Below, in pieces: positions 51,534 to 64,000 of a DNA stretch of 64,000 bases. Position 1 is the stretch's first letter. Each line of letters starts with the position of its first letter. A model generated the notes under the pieces. That model saw only the letters and a list, made by a program, of their open reading frames with translations. It ran no database searches and was not told where the DNA came from. Made by a program: the position numbers and the translations under genes. The DNA is from Klebsormidium nitens (Eukaryota; Plantae; Klebsormidiophyceae). The stretch is from the NCBI GenBank assembly GCA_000708835.1, contig DF237132.1, forward strand, positions 93,424 through 157,423. Direction: 5' to 3'.

Positions 51534-54500
51534 TCACAATTGCAAGCAGATGGTCTCCCAATGACTGTCTTTCGAATCCATTATACCGCCGTGTCGCCTC
51601 GAAACGGCCTCCCATTGCGGCTCCCCCCCAAGAGAAGCAGCACCGTGAATCCTTCGTCCGCCATTTTCCCCCTCAGAATCTTCCGATTGCTCCAAATTAG
51701 AGCCGTCTCGAGTGCCCCCGGTTAGGCCAAACCACCGCTTCCAAAACCCGGAACCTGCGCTTTGCGCGCCCTTTCTTTCCGTCTCACACCCGGAGCTTTT
51801 AACCGTGCCTGCCTGGCTTTCCTCCAAGCTTTCCAACGTCGCCCCAGACTCTGCTTTCCCGACTGCACCCAATTGCACCGCTTCTTTACGCGCCCCTTGA
51901 CACTTGGGTGCTCTCTTCACAGGGAACGTTTCCCCCAACGTACGACCCCCGTCCTGTGCCGTTTCCTCTTCCCAGCGCTCAGTCGACGCCGCGGGGGCAA
52001 GTCTCGTTTCGTCCCTTAACCCCGAAACTTTCCTTCTCAGCGGCTTCGACGGCATCACTCTGCCACAATTCGCTTCAGGCACTTCCGCTATCTCGACCGG
52101 GTAGGAAATATCCTCCCAGATCGCCTTCATATCCCGTTCTGCTCCTTTTCTCGATAACCTCCGATCCGTCGTTCCCAGTACACTGGCCTGTTTCCTTTCC
52201 GCTGACTGCACCATTCTGTTCCGTTCGCTCCTCCCGTTCCGTTCGTCCCCGTAGTCCTTCCCCTCAATCTCTCCGTCTCTTTCGTCCGCACCTTCCCTTT
52301 CAAGGCCGTTCATTCCGTTCCATCCCTCCCTGCTTTTTGTCACATCCAACCCGTCATTCCCGTTCCGCTCGACCGTTCCGTTCCGCTCGCCCCTCCGCTC
52401 CTCCTCCCCCTCCTCGCTCCCGATGCTCGCCGTCTCCTCCGCGTACCGCTCCACGTTACTGCTCGTCCCCTCTAGCGTGATCTCGTAGCTCTTGCGCGGT
52501 CTGAGCTTTCCGCGAAGATCTCTAGCCTTCCCTTCGTCCTCGACGCGCATTCCCTCCCGGTCGATGCTGTGCGCGCGCGCCAGGCGCTGCGCGACCGGGG
52601 CCGCGAGCTGCGTCTCCGCGGCCGGCCCCTCAAACCCTAAACCCTGTAGCGCCTGGTAGAGAAACTTGTTGTAGCTTCGGATGTGGTGATCGCTCGTTGC
52701 GGTCAGGGACAGAATCAGCTTCTCGAACCGGCCGCCGGTCGGGGTGGAGGTGAGCACCCGAGGCCCCACCTTGCCGCAACTGCGAGGAAGGGTTAGAATG
52801 AGATTTGCGTTGCCCGAAAGACTGGAAGAAAAAGATGCAGAGGGGGGCTGAAAAATATTGGCGGTAAGACGACGGATGGCGAAAACAGATTGACTCCTTG
52901 GCTCGTATCTTCCGTCGACCGCGTAAAAGGTGGCCTGTGCCAAGTATAGTTGAAGACCGTCTTTTTTCATGAGTCACTCCTTCTCGTCAGAATTATGTGA
53001 ACAGGACAACCTGCTTAGGATTATGCTAAAATCACGCAAAAAAAAACAGGCTAAAATAAAGTCTCCTCTGCAGGGACAGAAACTTTACAAGATGGACGAC
53101 TTGACTGAATCCTAACTAGAGAAGATAACATCGACTAGCGAGCACTTTGAAGCTTGTTGGTTACTGGTTCCCCTTTCCTTCGCTCATCAACGAAGTAGGA
53201 CTGCAATCCTTGTTAACATCGTTTGCAAGAGAGGCCGTCAGAATTTTCTTTGTAAGGCTAGTGTAAATCGGAACGCTCACTGCCAGGGCTCCTTGTATAC
53301 AATATGGTACAGTTTCCCCGGTGGGTAGAGCCGCGCGGGGTCCCGGAGACGCCGCCCCGACGGCACGAAGAAGTCGGACAAGCACGCCTGGGTGAGAATA
53401 CCGGCCAGCCTGCAAGACATCCGACGTCTTAAGAACGTAAATTTGCAACACATGCAGATTCTCAATCTTCGGGTTTTTAAGACCGACCCGACAGCAAGCT
53501 GGGAGCAGTTCTCGTCTTCTCTCTCTTCATGGCTCTACTAATGAGAATTCAATCGCGCTTTGACCATATTAGAAGTTACCTCCGCCAAAGATGACAACTG
53601 CTGACATCATCGGTCCCAACGGCCAAGACCTTCTACAGTTACCAAGGAAACCGGCTCACCAGACGCCGGTGAAGCCGAGGAAGATGTGCTGTACGACGGA
53701 GGTTGAAACACGCGAGAAGAAGTCGTCCTGTAGGACCACGCCGCAGATCGCGTGGCTGTAGTTGGCCACGTGGTTGCGCGAGATGACACGTGGCGGCGCG
53801 AAGCAGACGGCGCGGATGCGGTCCTTGTCGCGGGGATCGATGCCGACCTGGATAGATTGAAGAGACTTTTGGACGGGTTGAGTGCCCATAGAGGGTGGTT
53901 TAAAGATAGAGACGGGGCTAGTTTGATAACGAGGTTAAGCTAAGAGCAGGGTTCTCTGAACAAGTTCACAACAGATTCAGCACGAAGCAAGGTTGTCTTC
54001 AGACGGGATTGTAACGCGGAGGATTTTGATGCAGAGGAAATTGGAGTGAGTCACAACTACGTCCGCAACAGGGTTTGTTTACCGCAACATCTTTTCGTCG
54101 AAGCAAGCCTCGCTTGAGGCGTTGCCTCGCCAACAACAGTAAATTGAAGACCTTCTTTATTCCAACACCGCATCATTTGCATCTCTCAACCAGTCAAAGA
54201 GTCTTCCAAATATACCAGGCCTTCAATCACACCGACCTTAGTAGGTTTGTCATGCAGCAGGACGCAGAGCAGGGACGCGACGCCCGCGCCGAGGGAGTGA
54301 CCGACGATGGTGAGCGTATATTCGGGGTGCTTCGTGCAGTGCTTCTTCAAGATGCGCTCCTCTTGGCGGAGCGCCCACTGGGCGGCCTTCAACATGCCGC
54401 TGTGAACGAACCTGGCACAGAGGGCGAAACGCTGAGTGTAAGCATAGACTGGGGCGTTACAAGCTTTGTGAACCATCTGTCACGACGAGGCGAATAATGA

Positions 54501-56856
54501 GGGGTTAGCGCCTAGACCATCGAAGGATGTCGACGATCGTCTTTGTTACCTCCGAAGACAATTGGCAGACTCCTCCTTTCTGCGGAGCCTTCGTTTTGAA
54601 CGTGACCGTGGCGGCACCGTAAGCTTTCGGCAACGTCAAGAAGAGACCGATTTTTATCTCCTCACGTAGCAATCCTGTGTGGACTTATTGTGGACTGTTC
54701 TCTGTACCGCATGTAACGTCTGCAAGGAACAGTACACAAGGTTGCAGAGAATCCCCAAATTTTCTGATTGCACAGCTGCAAATGGAGTATCTTCGAATGC
54801 AACTTCTTTCCGAAACCACGCATCCGGAAAGCCCACGCCCACGTGCAGTGGAAACACCGAATAGCACTTCGCCCAATGATGCACTGCCACGTATCTCCTC
54901 ACCCGTGGTTGTACGCCTTGTGCTTCTTCCGCATGAGCACCGCGAAGTCCTTCTTGGACGCCATGTTGAGCCCCCGGAAAACAAGCGCAATGTCCTTCTT
55001 CTCGTGGTTGATGTACAGGAAGTAGGGGGGTGCCCTCCGGTTCTCGTCGTCCCCCACGAAGTTGAGAACGTTCTCGGACACGACCAACGAGGTGCGTTCG
55101 TCCATTGCTGCGACGCTCTCCGCGTAGGCAGCGAGGTTCAGCTGTGCGTAGTACATCAGGTCTTTGAGCTGTAAGGTTGGGAATTTGAGTAAGCAAGAAT
55201 TGATGTCGTACATTGTTTTGCTGGATTCCTGTTCACCTGATGTTGGATTCTGCTTTTAGTCTTGGATATGGAGGACCCTTGAAGTGGTCCCAGCTTGGAA
55301 AATGTCAGCTGCATTTGTGCCTGCGGGGCCTGCTGTATGGACTCATCGGAGCTTACATAGACTGTGGTATTGGTCCCAATCCTGGTCAGGTCCTGGCTTG
55401 ATACCCGGTCTCCCAACTCAGAAGTCTTTGGTACCCGGCCTGGACTCAATGGTACCTGGTCTTTCAACTCACAACGCACAATTTCCAAACTCCCCGGGAC
55501 TTGCAGCAACTTTCGCTCTAACTTTTTCTAACTTAAGCATCTACTTCAACCTGGGGGTGAGTGGTGAACTCGAACCCACGAAACGCTGGTCGGATGTGCC
55601 TCGCAATCAAGGAAAGACCCCCTTCCTTACAAGCCCTTCTTTTCTTTTCTCCTCTCCTACAGCATAAGGAAAGAGATTGAACCACCATCTGACTGCCTCT
55701 TCTGTTGAATTTCAATGAACGATCTGAGAAACGATCTGAGAGAAAACACGCTTTTGGAAGGCCAACCTTTGTATGTGATTGACTACAAGACGAGCTTGCA
55801 AACCAATTGTGAACTCCCAAGTTTATGCAAACATGTGTTTCACCCGAGTGGTGGCGCTCTCGAACAAGCAAGGAGCTCTAGAGCCAGCTGGCACTTCCAT
55901 TCACGAAGTGGCAGTTGCAATACCAGAACAGGGACAGCAATGCTAGATCGTGCATTTGGCATAATCTCGACAGGTGTGCTTAGAAGCATTCCAGCCTGAC
56001 AGATCTGATCTCTGAACCCGTGAATAACAATCCGCAACAGAGCAAATGCCGGGTTTGTCCAGAACCTGCGGCCCTCAATCCTGGACGCCATCCGCAGTAG
56101 TCTGAGACTTGTGAACCAGTCGCAAGAAGAATTTCAGCTGAAGTGTCTTGGACGGTCACGTCCTACTTTCAAGAAAGAAAACCGACACGAGAGGCTGACA
56201 CAAAGTGCAATCCTACTCAGAAGGTCTTACAAGGGTTTGAGGGGCCCTCGGGACAGCTCATTCCAGCGCATCAAGAAAGGGCAGCAATACGAGAGGCTGA
56301 AACAGAAGTGCATTTTCCAGCGATCCTACTGAAAAGGTCTCACAAGGGTTCGAGGGACCCCTTTGCTGCTTACTGCTTGTTCTTCATCTTAAGGACCCGT
56401 GCACTACCGCACAAGCAGAGTCATTGCATTGCCAAAACTTGGCTGAAATTGGCAGGAAAGTACTGCCCTTGCATGCACTTTTCATAGACATCCCACTTCC
56501 TATGCAACCCACAAAAAAGATTCACCGCACTAATTGTTTGTTCACAAGCTCTTTCAGGCCTGACCGCTGCACATTATAGCCAAGACTTCTTAGCTATCGG
56601 GTTCATCTGTTTTTCCTAACATAGACCTCCCGTGACAAGAACTCCCTCAGAAGTAACCACAGCTCAATGCTGCCTTCTCAGCTGCAAACCAATGTAATAA
56701 GAAACAAAGCCAAGTGCCCCCCACCTCTCCCGGCCCTGCCTCCAGCCATCCCTTGCTGTCGTTCGCGCCAAACTTGAGGCAGCGATAGCACTGCCAGCAG
56801 CAGCAGCCCAGGCCCACCGCGACCCCGCACCAGTCAAGACCTCCCAGCGTCGTCAT
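51534..56856 (-). CDS. Plant-type mono-/diacylglycerol lipase (Lipase3_N + Lipase_3) with a long low-complexity C-terminal tail
   Basis: Exons: 56725-56856 (MTTLGGLDWCG...LGCCCWQCYRCLKFGANDSKGWLEAGPGE), ~54903-55168 (LKDLMYYAQLNLAAY...APPYFLYINHEKKDIALVFRGLN), GFVHSGMLKAAQW...TLTIVGHSLGAGVASLL (GxSxG nucleophile), IRAVCFAPPRV...VVLQDDF, RLYPPGKLYHIV, and a last exon GRFEKLILSLTATSDH plus the tail to 51534. Confidence 0.9.
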
Positions 56857-57945
56857 CCTGGTTGTTCCTTTTGTAGGTTTCAGATTTCATCTCAGCACTC
56901 CTTCCCTCCCCCTCGGACACTCCCATGCATAAAGCATCACCCTAATGCAGTTTGTAAGCAGCTTTACAACAATCCAAGACCACTTATTCAAGCCCATTTG
57001 TACACATCTGATCGGGCGTAGCAGCCAGCAACGGAGTAATCTTTCGCTGCTGTTTTTTTTTCTCAAACAAGCGTCTTCCCAGCTTGAAGGGCTTAACGAT
57101 TGCGTGGTCAAATGGAGGGTGGACTGAGGTCTTGTTCATAAGCTGGCCAATCCTACTGTAGAGGCTGAAAGGGTTGCACAAAGTAGCATCAATACGGATG
57201 GAGGGGAACGATGCAAACCTCAGCCCTGGATCGCTTTGCACCAGAAAGGCGAAACATGATAATGCGAGCTGACGTTGGCTTTTCGGAGCATCCAATCGCC
57301 GTGCATGAAGCAAAGACTCCGACTTGAAAGAGCTTCACCAAGTCTGATCACGGAGACGACGTTGCTGGATCGGATGCCTTGCAAATCCAAGGAGCTCTGC
57401 AGTAGACTCTACCGGTAGTGTAGACCTGGGCCAATTCGTGCTGACAATGCAACATCTTGGCGATGATCGCGAATGGCACAGATGGCAGTCTCTCGTGAGA
57501 TGCACTTTACAGTGCGAGCGCACTTTTGAGATCTGCGGATCTTGTGCCTGTGTTCTGCGCCTCATTTGTGGATGCCAGCTTGGCAGCTGTGACGTCAAAA
57601 GCGGCAAATCAACAACCCTCTTGACAGGTGTCGCACAGTGAACGAGTTTGCAGCAACGTAACGCAATAATCTTGATCATATAGGGGGCGTTACAGTAGTT
57701 GTTTTCTGCTATAGGTTAATACGTACCTATGCCCGCCGCGCCATTAAATACCAGATCAGGTTCAATGCCTTTGCCATTGGCCCACTGCTACCGTCAACCA
57801 CGTTGCCATTGGATTCTGTCCTGTCTAGATGCTCGATCTAGCACTACTCATATACAGCACCTAAGGACACCTTCGTGCAGATTAGCGCTGCAATCAACTT
57901 CTTGCCCCTCTCAAATGTCAGTGCTTGAGGTTCCGGAACGCAAGC

Positions 57946-60900
57946 ATGGCATTCTTAGCTCCGAAGCTGCTGAACACAGCATCAACGACACCCCGTCTTT
58001 TTCCGAGGCAAGCCCAGTTCCTCCTTGATAATTGTTTCCTCCTCCATCCAAAATTAGGCAAGCACTTATGCGCCCGCACTGTCACATGCCCGTCAAATCC
58101 TCATCTACACAGCTCACCGTCAGCAAGCATTTCTGCTTCACATAGCTGCCTTCCAATCCATTCCGCAGCTCCGAAGCCCTTTTCAAAAACAGTCTCCAAA
58201 GCAACATGTTCCTCCCCGCACCAACGGAATGTCACTAGCCGTGCAGGGCGGCCGCTTCTCCTGCCGGTGTCAGAATTGGAGAATGCTGACATCATCTATG
58301 CAACAGCGGCATCCCTGGGTCATGACGACGAGGGTCATCCGGAGTGCGCGCTGCGAGTGCCCGCCATCATGGCGGCCCTCGAGAAAGCGGAGCTAGACGC
58401 TCAGGTGAGGACCCGGTGCCATTTCTTCTACTCTCCATCTTTTGGGTTCTTCTCCGGAAGAAAGTGGAGCTCCTCAGGCAAGGGCCTGGTTCCACTTCTT
58501 CTTGTCTTGGTCTGCTTTCGTGTGCTTTCATGAGGGTGTTTGCTATCTGCTCCCTGCGCTAAAGAAGGGCAGAAATAAGCCTTCTCTTTCTTCGCGTTGA
58601 TGTCTGGACTGGCATTCTGGCGGCTCTAGAGAAAGCGGAGCTGGAAGCTCAGGTGCAGACCCGGTTTGGCTTCTTCGTTTGTTGGTCCGTTTGCCTGTTT
58701 ATGGGGTTTGGCCCCCTTCCTATCTGGAGGGGCAAGAAAGGAGATTTTTTCTTACATTGCGTTGATGTCTGGACTAGCATTCTGGCGGCTATGGCGATAA
58801 GCGGAGCTTGACGCTCAGGTAAGCCGTGTTTTCTGCCCTTTCTGTTCAAGTCAACGGCAAGACGAACTCTCAAAAGACATCAGGAGTGATGTTCTTCCTG
58901 AGACACCACACCAATCGTTCGTACGTTGTATTGATGTGGATAACAGAAGCGGAGCGCAACGCCCCAGTAAGAAGCCCCATCTTCGACTCTGCCCTCTTCC
59001 CGCTGTGGAAGGTCAACCGGGGCTTCCAGTACAGCTTAGGCACAAGGCAGTCCTTGGGCGCACGGCTTTGACACCACCCCCTGTACCATGGCACGTAGTG
59101 AACGAGGATCCGTTGGTCAAGTGGGCACCTGCTTTCATTTGACACTGACTGCAAGTCTGGATAGTCTCTTGACCTTTTTTGATCACGCCATAGAAGTCGA
59201 TGGATGCGGAGGGGACTACAGCGCGCAATCCATGAGGACAATGAGACGAATCAACTCCTGACCTTGAAATTCAATCCCAAAGTGGTTCGATGACGGCAAC
59301 CAGGTTCTTTAAGCTTGTACCTTAAGTGGGCATGGTTCAACTTTCAGTCCCAGTCTTCTGGTGAAGCATTGACGACGGCCGCTGAGGAGACAGAGGACTT
59401 GAAACTTGATTGTTCCAGCAACTGTCAGGTCTCAACCGGATACTATTTTCCAAGCCTTTATTGAGAACCGTTATAATACCTTTCAACGTGAAAGCCTTTA
59501 AAAAGCTCCATCCCTGGCTATCTGGCTTGATCTAAGCCAGAACAAGGGCGGAATGGCGTCTGTGTTCAGGTACGATCAAAAGCGAGCTGCTTCTTCTCCG
59601 AGGTCCTCGTCCTTTGCCACAGAATAGTTGATTCCGAGGTGCAGAAACAAGCACGGACATTTCGATTTAGCCTCAGCAACCTGTGTCTCAATCAGGTTCA
59701 TATAGCTTGGCTCCGCTCTTGGTGTGTCTTCTGGTTTGCCAAACGTGGCCGCTCAAAACAACTTCGACTTGGTGCGCGGCAGAGAAGTGGATAGCTCTTG
59801 AGTTTTGGGGGCGAGAGGAAGATTTCGACCATCACAAATGTACTCCTGAGCCCTCGATTCTGCGATACTGATTGCTCCAGATCTAAAGTTGGGCAAGACG
59901 CACAGGATGGAAGCATTCGGCACCATTTGGCCTGCACCGCTAGTGTTGACAACCCGACCAGCTTCGAAAACAAGTTCGGTGAGCGTCAGCTTAGGATGGA
60001 AGAACCTTCAACGAGTTTTCTCGGATGTCACAACACTATAAATACAAGGCAAACAGACGCGTGTCAGCAAACAGATGAAGCTCCACAAGCTCTTGCGCAC
60101 TTACTCAAAATTCTACGAAAAATTCGAATCTTTCTCCGCAGAGCCGCCCGAAAAGCGTCCTCGAGCTGCGCGACTTCTCCCCTGCGACCGCGTCTGACAT
60201 CGCGGCCGTGCACACTCCAAACTACGTGCAAGGCCTGCAGAAGCTGATGGAGCAGGCGCCGCTGATCGTCGACGGAACGGGACCCACGTACGCAACGGAA
60301 AAGACGTTCGAGGATGCGTCGCTCGCGGCGGGGGCGGGAATCGCGCTGGTCGATGCCGTGGTAGCAGCGTCGAAAGGTGAGCACCCAATAATAAGTACTG
60401 TTCATCCGAATGTGGGTCAAAAGGCCCGCACCATTCAAGACTGCTCTTCAGAACGAGTGCTTGGCGAGCTCGTTGCCGCCATTCGGCTTATCACAAGCCC
60501 ATCAAGTTTCTCAAGACAACGCGCTCAAATACAAGGAGTCTCGACTCTCCACTGCATGGTTGAGCAGCCACGTCAGTATGTCAACATTTCATCCGCATGA
60601 TCCGAGGGTGCGTTCCGAGTGTCTGGCTTGCAGACCATCAACATCTGTCTGTGAAAGTCGTGAAGTAATCTGAGCCCAACGAGGTGTCGTGACTGAGGAG
60701 ATGAAGGCTCGATCAAGAACAGGGATCCCCCGAGCGTCACCGGCTTTAAGCAACTCGAAATCTCTGGCATTCGTTCCGGATAATTTTGTTGTTGAAAGTA
60801 GCGACCAGGTCACCACGCTACTGTTGCTGAGCTTGGGGAATGATTCTGAATAGACGACCATCCGAATTTCTCTGAAGAAACCTCAGTAGTCCACTGACGC

Positions 60901-62253
60901 GGCTCCTGTACTTCCCTACATCAGCGGTCTAAGTCCGCCGCCTGAGCGAGCTCTTGCCGGTGCTGAAAAGCGTGCACTATGCAATGCTTGAACATAACTT
61001 CAATTCCGACGTTCGAAGCATTTGTGTTCATAGGCGGCTAAGCAGTTCCGTCCCCGAATTTCGCAGGCAGCCGACCCCCCCCCTCCGGGTTCGCCATCAT
61101 ACGCCCCCCCGGCCACCACGCGGTGCCGATCGGTCCGATGGGCTTCTGCCTCTTCGGCAACATCGCCGTCGCGGCCCGGCACGCGCAAAACGCGCACGGG
61201 TTAAGGCGGGTTATGATCGTTGACTACGACGTGCATCACGGGAACGGCACGAACGACACCTTCTATGAAGATCCTGACGTGCTCTTCTTGTCGACGCATC
61301 AGCAGTACAGCTATCCCGGGACGGGTAAGGCCTGCTGACGTCATCGTGCATCCGTTGGGTCCTGTTGACGTCATGTTTGCGGGCTATAGGTTTTGCGAGG
61401 GTTATTTTGTCGGGTCAGCTCACTGAACGACGTCGGTTGTTGCGTCGAAGATACGATCTAGAAGGAAACGTAGGGAATAGCGACCAAAAAGCGGTTGACA
61501 GACTTTCAACCCGATGTCATCGTTTCGCGACCGGTTTTGTGCTGATTGTTGGGCCTTTGATAGACGATTAATTACTTCGTCTGCTGGAATCTAGCAATTA
61601 GGGCTTTCCAAATGAAGACTGCGCAGGGCCCCTGAGAGTCGGACGATCACGCACTGGAAGAGAAGATCTGAATCAAAGACCTCCTTTGACGCCTATTTAG
61701 TATAACCTTATACTCCGAGCACCGTCTCACGCATTTAAACGACGTTTTCCATGACCTCTCTTATGAACTGTTTCCTGATCTTTACGCAGGCAAGCCCGAC
61801 GAGGTGGGAAAAGGCGCCGGCGAGGGCGCGACCGTGAACCTGCCCCTCCCCTGGGGCTCCGGAGAACAGGCAATGGCTTACGTCACGGATGAGGTCATCG
61901 CCCCTGCCGCGCAAAAGTTCAAGCCCGACATCATCCTAGTTTCCGCGGGCTTCGACGCGCACTACCAAGAAACGATAGCGGGCCTCCAGTTTACGAATAG
62001 AACGTACCATAAGCTAGCAAAAGACATGCGCACGTTAGCGGACGAGTTGTGTGGGGGGAGGATTGTGTATTTTTTGGAGGGGGGTTACGATTTGCGGTCC
62101 TTGTCGGCGAGTGTAGCGGATTCCTTCCGGGCGCTGCTCGGGGAGAAAAGTGCGGATAAAGTAGACCCCAGTTTGGCGCTCGAGTTCGAACCAATTGGAT
62201 TAGTGGAGCAGGCGGTGAACGAACTACGAGCCATTCATTCGGATTTCCGGTAA
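57946..62253 (+). CDS. HDA14: Class II RPD3/HDA1-family deacetylase, HDA14-like (plastid transit-peptide-like N-terminus)
   Basis: Exons: 57946-58404 (...[29 protein letters not shown]), 60142-60376 ([26 protein letters not shown]...[23 protein letters not shown]), 61067-~61324 ([32 protein letters not shown]...[14 protein letters not shown]), ~61790-62253 (TVNLPLP...[13 protein letters not shown]...FLEGGY). Confidence 0.93.
58360..58970 (+). repeat. Three to four degenerate tandem copies of the HDA14 exon-1 3' end and splice donor
   Basis: gagaaagcggagctagacgctcag|gtgagg (58381), gagaaagcggagctggaagctcag|gtgcag (~58630), gataagcggagcttgacgctcag|gtaagc (~58796) and a weaker gaagcggagcgcaacgccccagtaag (~58946). 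The later copies are preceded by gcgttgatgtctggact(g/a)gcattctggcggct. Confidence 0.85.
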
Positions 62254-64000
62254 CGAATTCCAAGGTTTATTGAGGATACTGTACATATATGAACGAGTTG
62301 CGCATACGGGTCTTTATTTCGGAATCATCAAGGGGTGCGGATCAGACTCTGCGTCGAGGCGCGGGCACGCCCCGAAATCAACGTCCGAGCGATTATGGTC
62401 AGCGTCCCATAGGGTGCCCTCGTTCAGCCTCACTATTGCGCCTGGTCAGTGAGCTTGGCCTGCGGCCCGGGAAGGTCCGCCTTCGGCCCGACGTTTTCCG
62501 CCCGGGGCAAGCACGAACGTTTAAAGGGGATGCGATAAGTTCTCTGGATGTTGCTTGGGCAAATGTCAATGTTGCAAGATTTTGCAAGTGCCATGCAGTT
62601 CTTTGATCGAATTGCACTCGATCATCGGATCGACTCGGTGGTCCGTTGACCAGAGGCAAAGCCAAGAGTGCTAGGGTAGGAATCGTACATCACCTGCATG
62701 GAATGCTAAATCGCGATCGGATCGTCGATCTGGGCACATGAAAAGCTATTGAGCGAGAAAAGTAATTAAGTAGGTGTCTACATATTGTTAGAAGGACTGT
62801 TGGGGCAAAAAGTCTTCACGTGACGACCCCCTACCTTTGACAGCTAGTCCGTAGCAACTAGGAAAATGTTGAGACTGCCCCCTGTAGGTGATCATACCGA
62901 AGATCTGGCGGTATGCGGGTCTTGTTCGGAGCGCCGTCGTAGTCCTTTTCCGCCATACTCTAAGTAGCATTTGATCGCTATTAAGATCTTGAGATGAACC
63001 CCCCTCAAAATCTGGGTGTGCAAAGAAGTCCCACCGTCAGCGCCGGTCATGTGTAGCCAGGCGAGTCAACTCCGTAAGACCATTGAGCCAGAGAACCTCT
63101 CGAGGGCATGCAAAGACGTTGATTTGTCCAAAAGGGAATCATTTTGAGGCTCGAAACGTAACCCAAGCTTCTAGCTTCTGTTGGGTCAGGCTGCCCTACG
63201 TCACGCACGCGGCCGCATAACCCGCCCGGCGCCGGTTAACACAAGTAGCTGCGCCGCAACTCAAATGATTTTGGATGGGGTTCAATTTGGACAGGAACCG
63301 GGGCCTCTGCAGCCTGCTGCAGATTTCCCCGGAGGTCCCGTACCGGTCAGGTCTTTAGTTCACGGATTCACTAACCCCGTCTTGATGACCGTCCGTTAGT
63401 GCATCATGATCTCGCGGCCGGCCCCTGACACGTGCGCATATTGTGGGGGACCCCCCAAATGTTTCTTCTGACTATTCCCGAAGGAATGGTCTGGCAGGCA
63501 TTCCGCTCATTGTTCTGTGAAATGTCCAACGTTAGATGGATGGATGGTTTGGGGCAAAGACGGTCAGGATTCGCTCCCCTGAGGCCGCACTTCTCGGGTT
63601 GCGGCATAGGGGCGCTTATATGCAGGCAGTGCGTATAAGCTGGAAATTGGTAAGCGAACCGTGACGTCACCGTTGGACATCTCAAGAGGTTATGATTGCC
63701 GTCGATTTGGCCGAGAATTGGACTGCCAGGATGAAGTTGTAACTAAGAACCGTGGCCGTCGATCGGTAGGTTTTGAAGTGATCGATCGAGACTGAATCGT
63801 AGATTCAGATAGCGTTTCTGGCTTGAACAAAGGCCAAAAGGCAGCATTCGTTCAGAGTTGAGAGGCAAACACAAACATGATGGCGCATGCCGGGAGTGCT
63901 TTTCAGCCCTGGAATCAGCCAGAACTTTGTTCACGTGGAGCGCCTTTCGCTGTGGCGGTTGTTCCGGCTCCTTTTGGAGAGGGTGCCGAGCGGAGGTGAG

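Noticed and set aside
52628-52650. Telomere-like/telo-box sequence caaaccctaaaccct
   Set aside because: There are only two imperfect units and they lie inside the lipase coding exon (antisense of QGLGFEG).
61335-61376. Two TGACGTCA palindromes (bZIP-type sites) in an HDA14 intron
   Set aside because: These short motifs are part of a small local duplication, and nothing else supports a regulatory role.
62254-64000. Short ORFs and GC-rich hairpin-like stretches after HDA14; checked for tRNA or ncRNA
   Set aside because: No tRNA cloverleaf or T-loop consensus, and no recognisable protein motif or splice-consistent exon chain. Treated as intergenic or the upstream region of a gene beyond the window.

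Overview
This is intron-rich eukaryotic nuclear DNA with GT-AG introns and GC-rich exons. It combines plant-type genes (HDA14, MNS1-type GH47 mannosidase, plant-type WDR7, plant lipase class 3, a plastid-targeted rubredoxin) with an axonemal dynein assembly factor (kintoun/DNAAF2). That mix points to a flagellate-producing streptophyte alga, probably Klebsormidium-like (inference only). The flanks (1-23 kb and 41-62 kb) hold ordinary multi-exon housekeeping genes. The middle (about 23.9-40.7 kb) is a nested tandem-duplicated accessory island with: (i) two intact-looking paralogues and one frameshifted fragment of a membrane-anchored, organelle-presequence-bearing P-loop NTPase with STAND/ATPase_2-like motifs; (ii) four single-coding-exon genes for a stand-alone nucleoplasmin-like (NPL) domain protein with no acidic tail and no FKBP or zinc-finger domain. 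The two families sit head-to-head across a conserved spacer of about 0.5 kb that occurs three times. A second recurring pattern is local duplication of exon/intron junctions inside the introns of three unrelated genes (WDR7, MNS1 twice, HDA14). I found no tRNA, rRNA, CRISPR array or transposase by eye. All gene models and family calls come from manual translation and motif recognition; no database searches were run.
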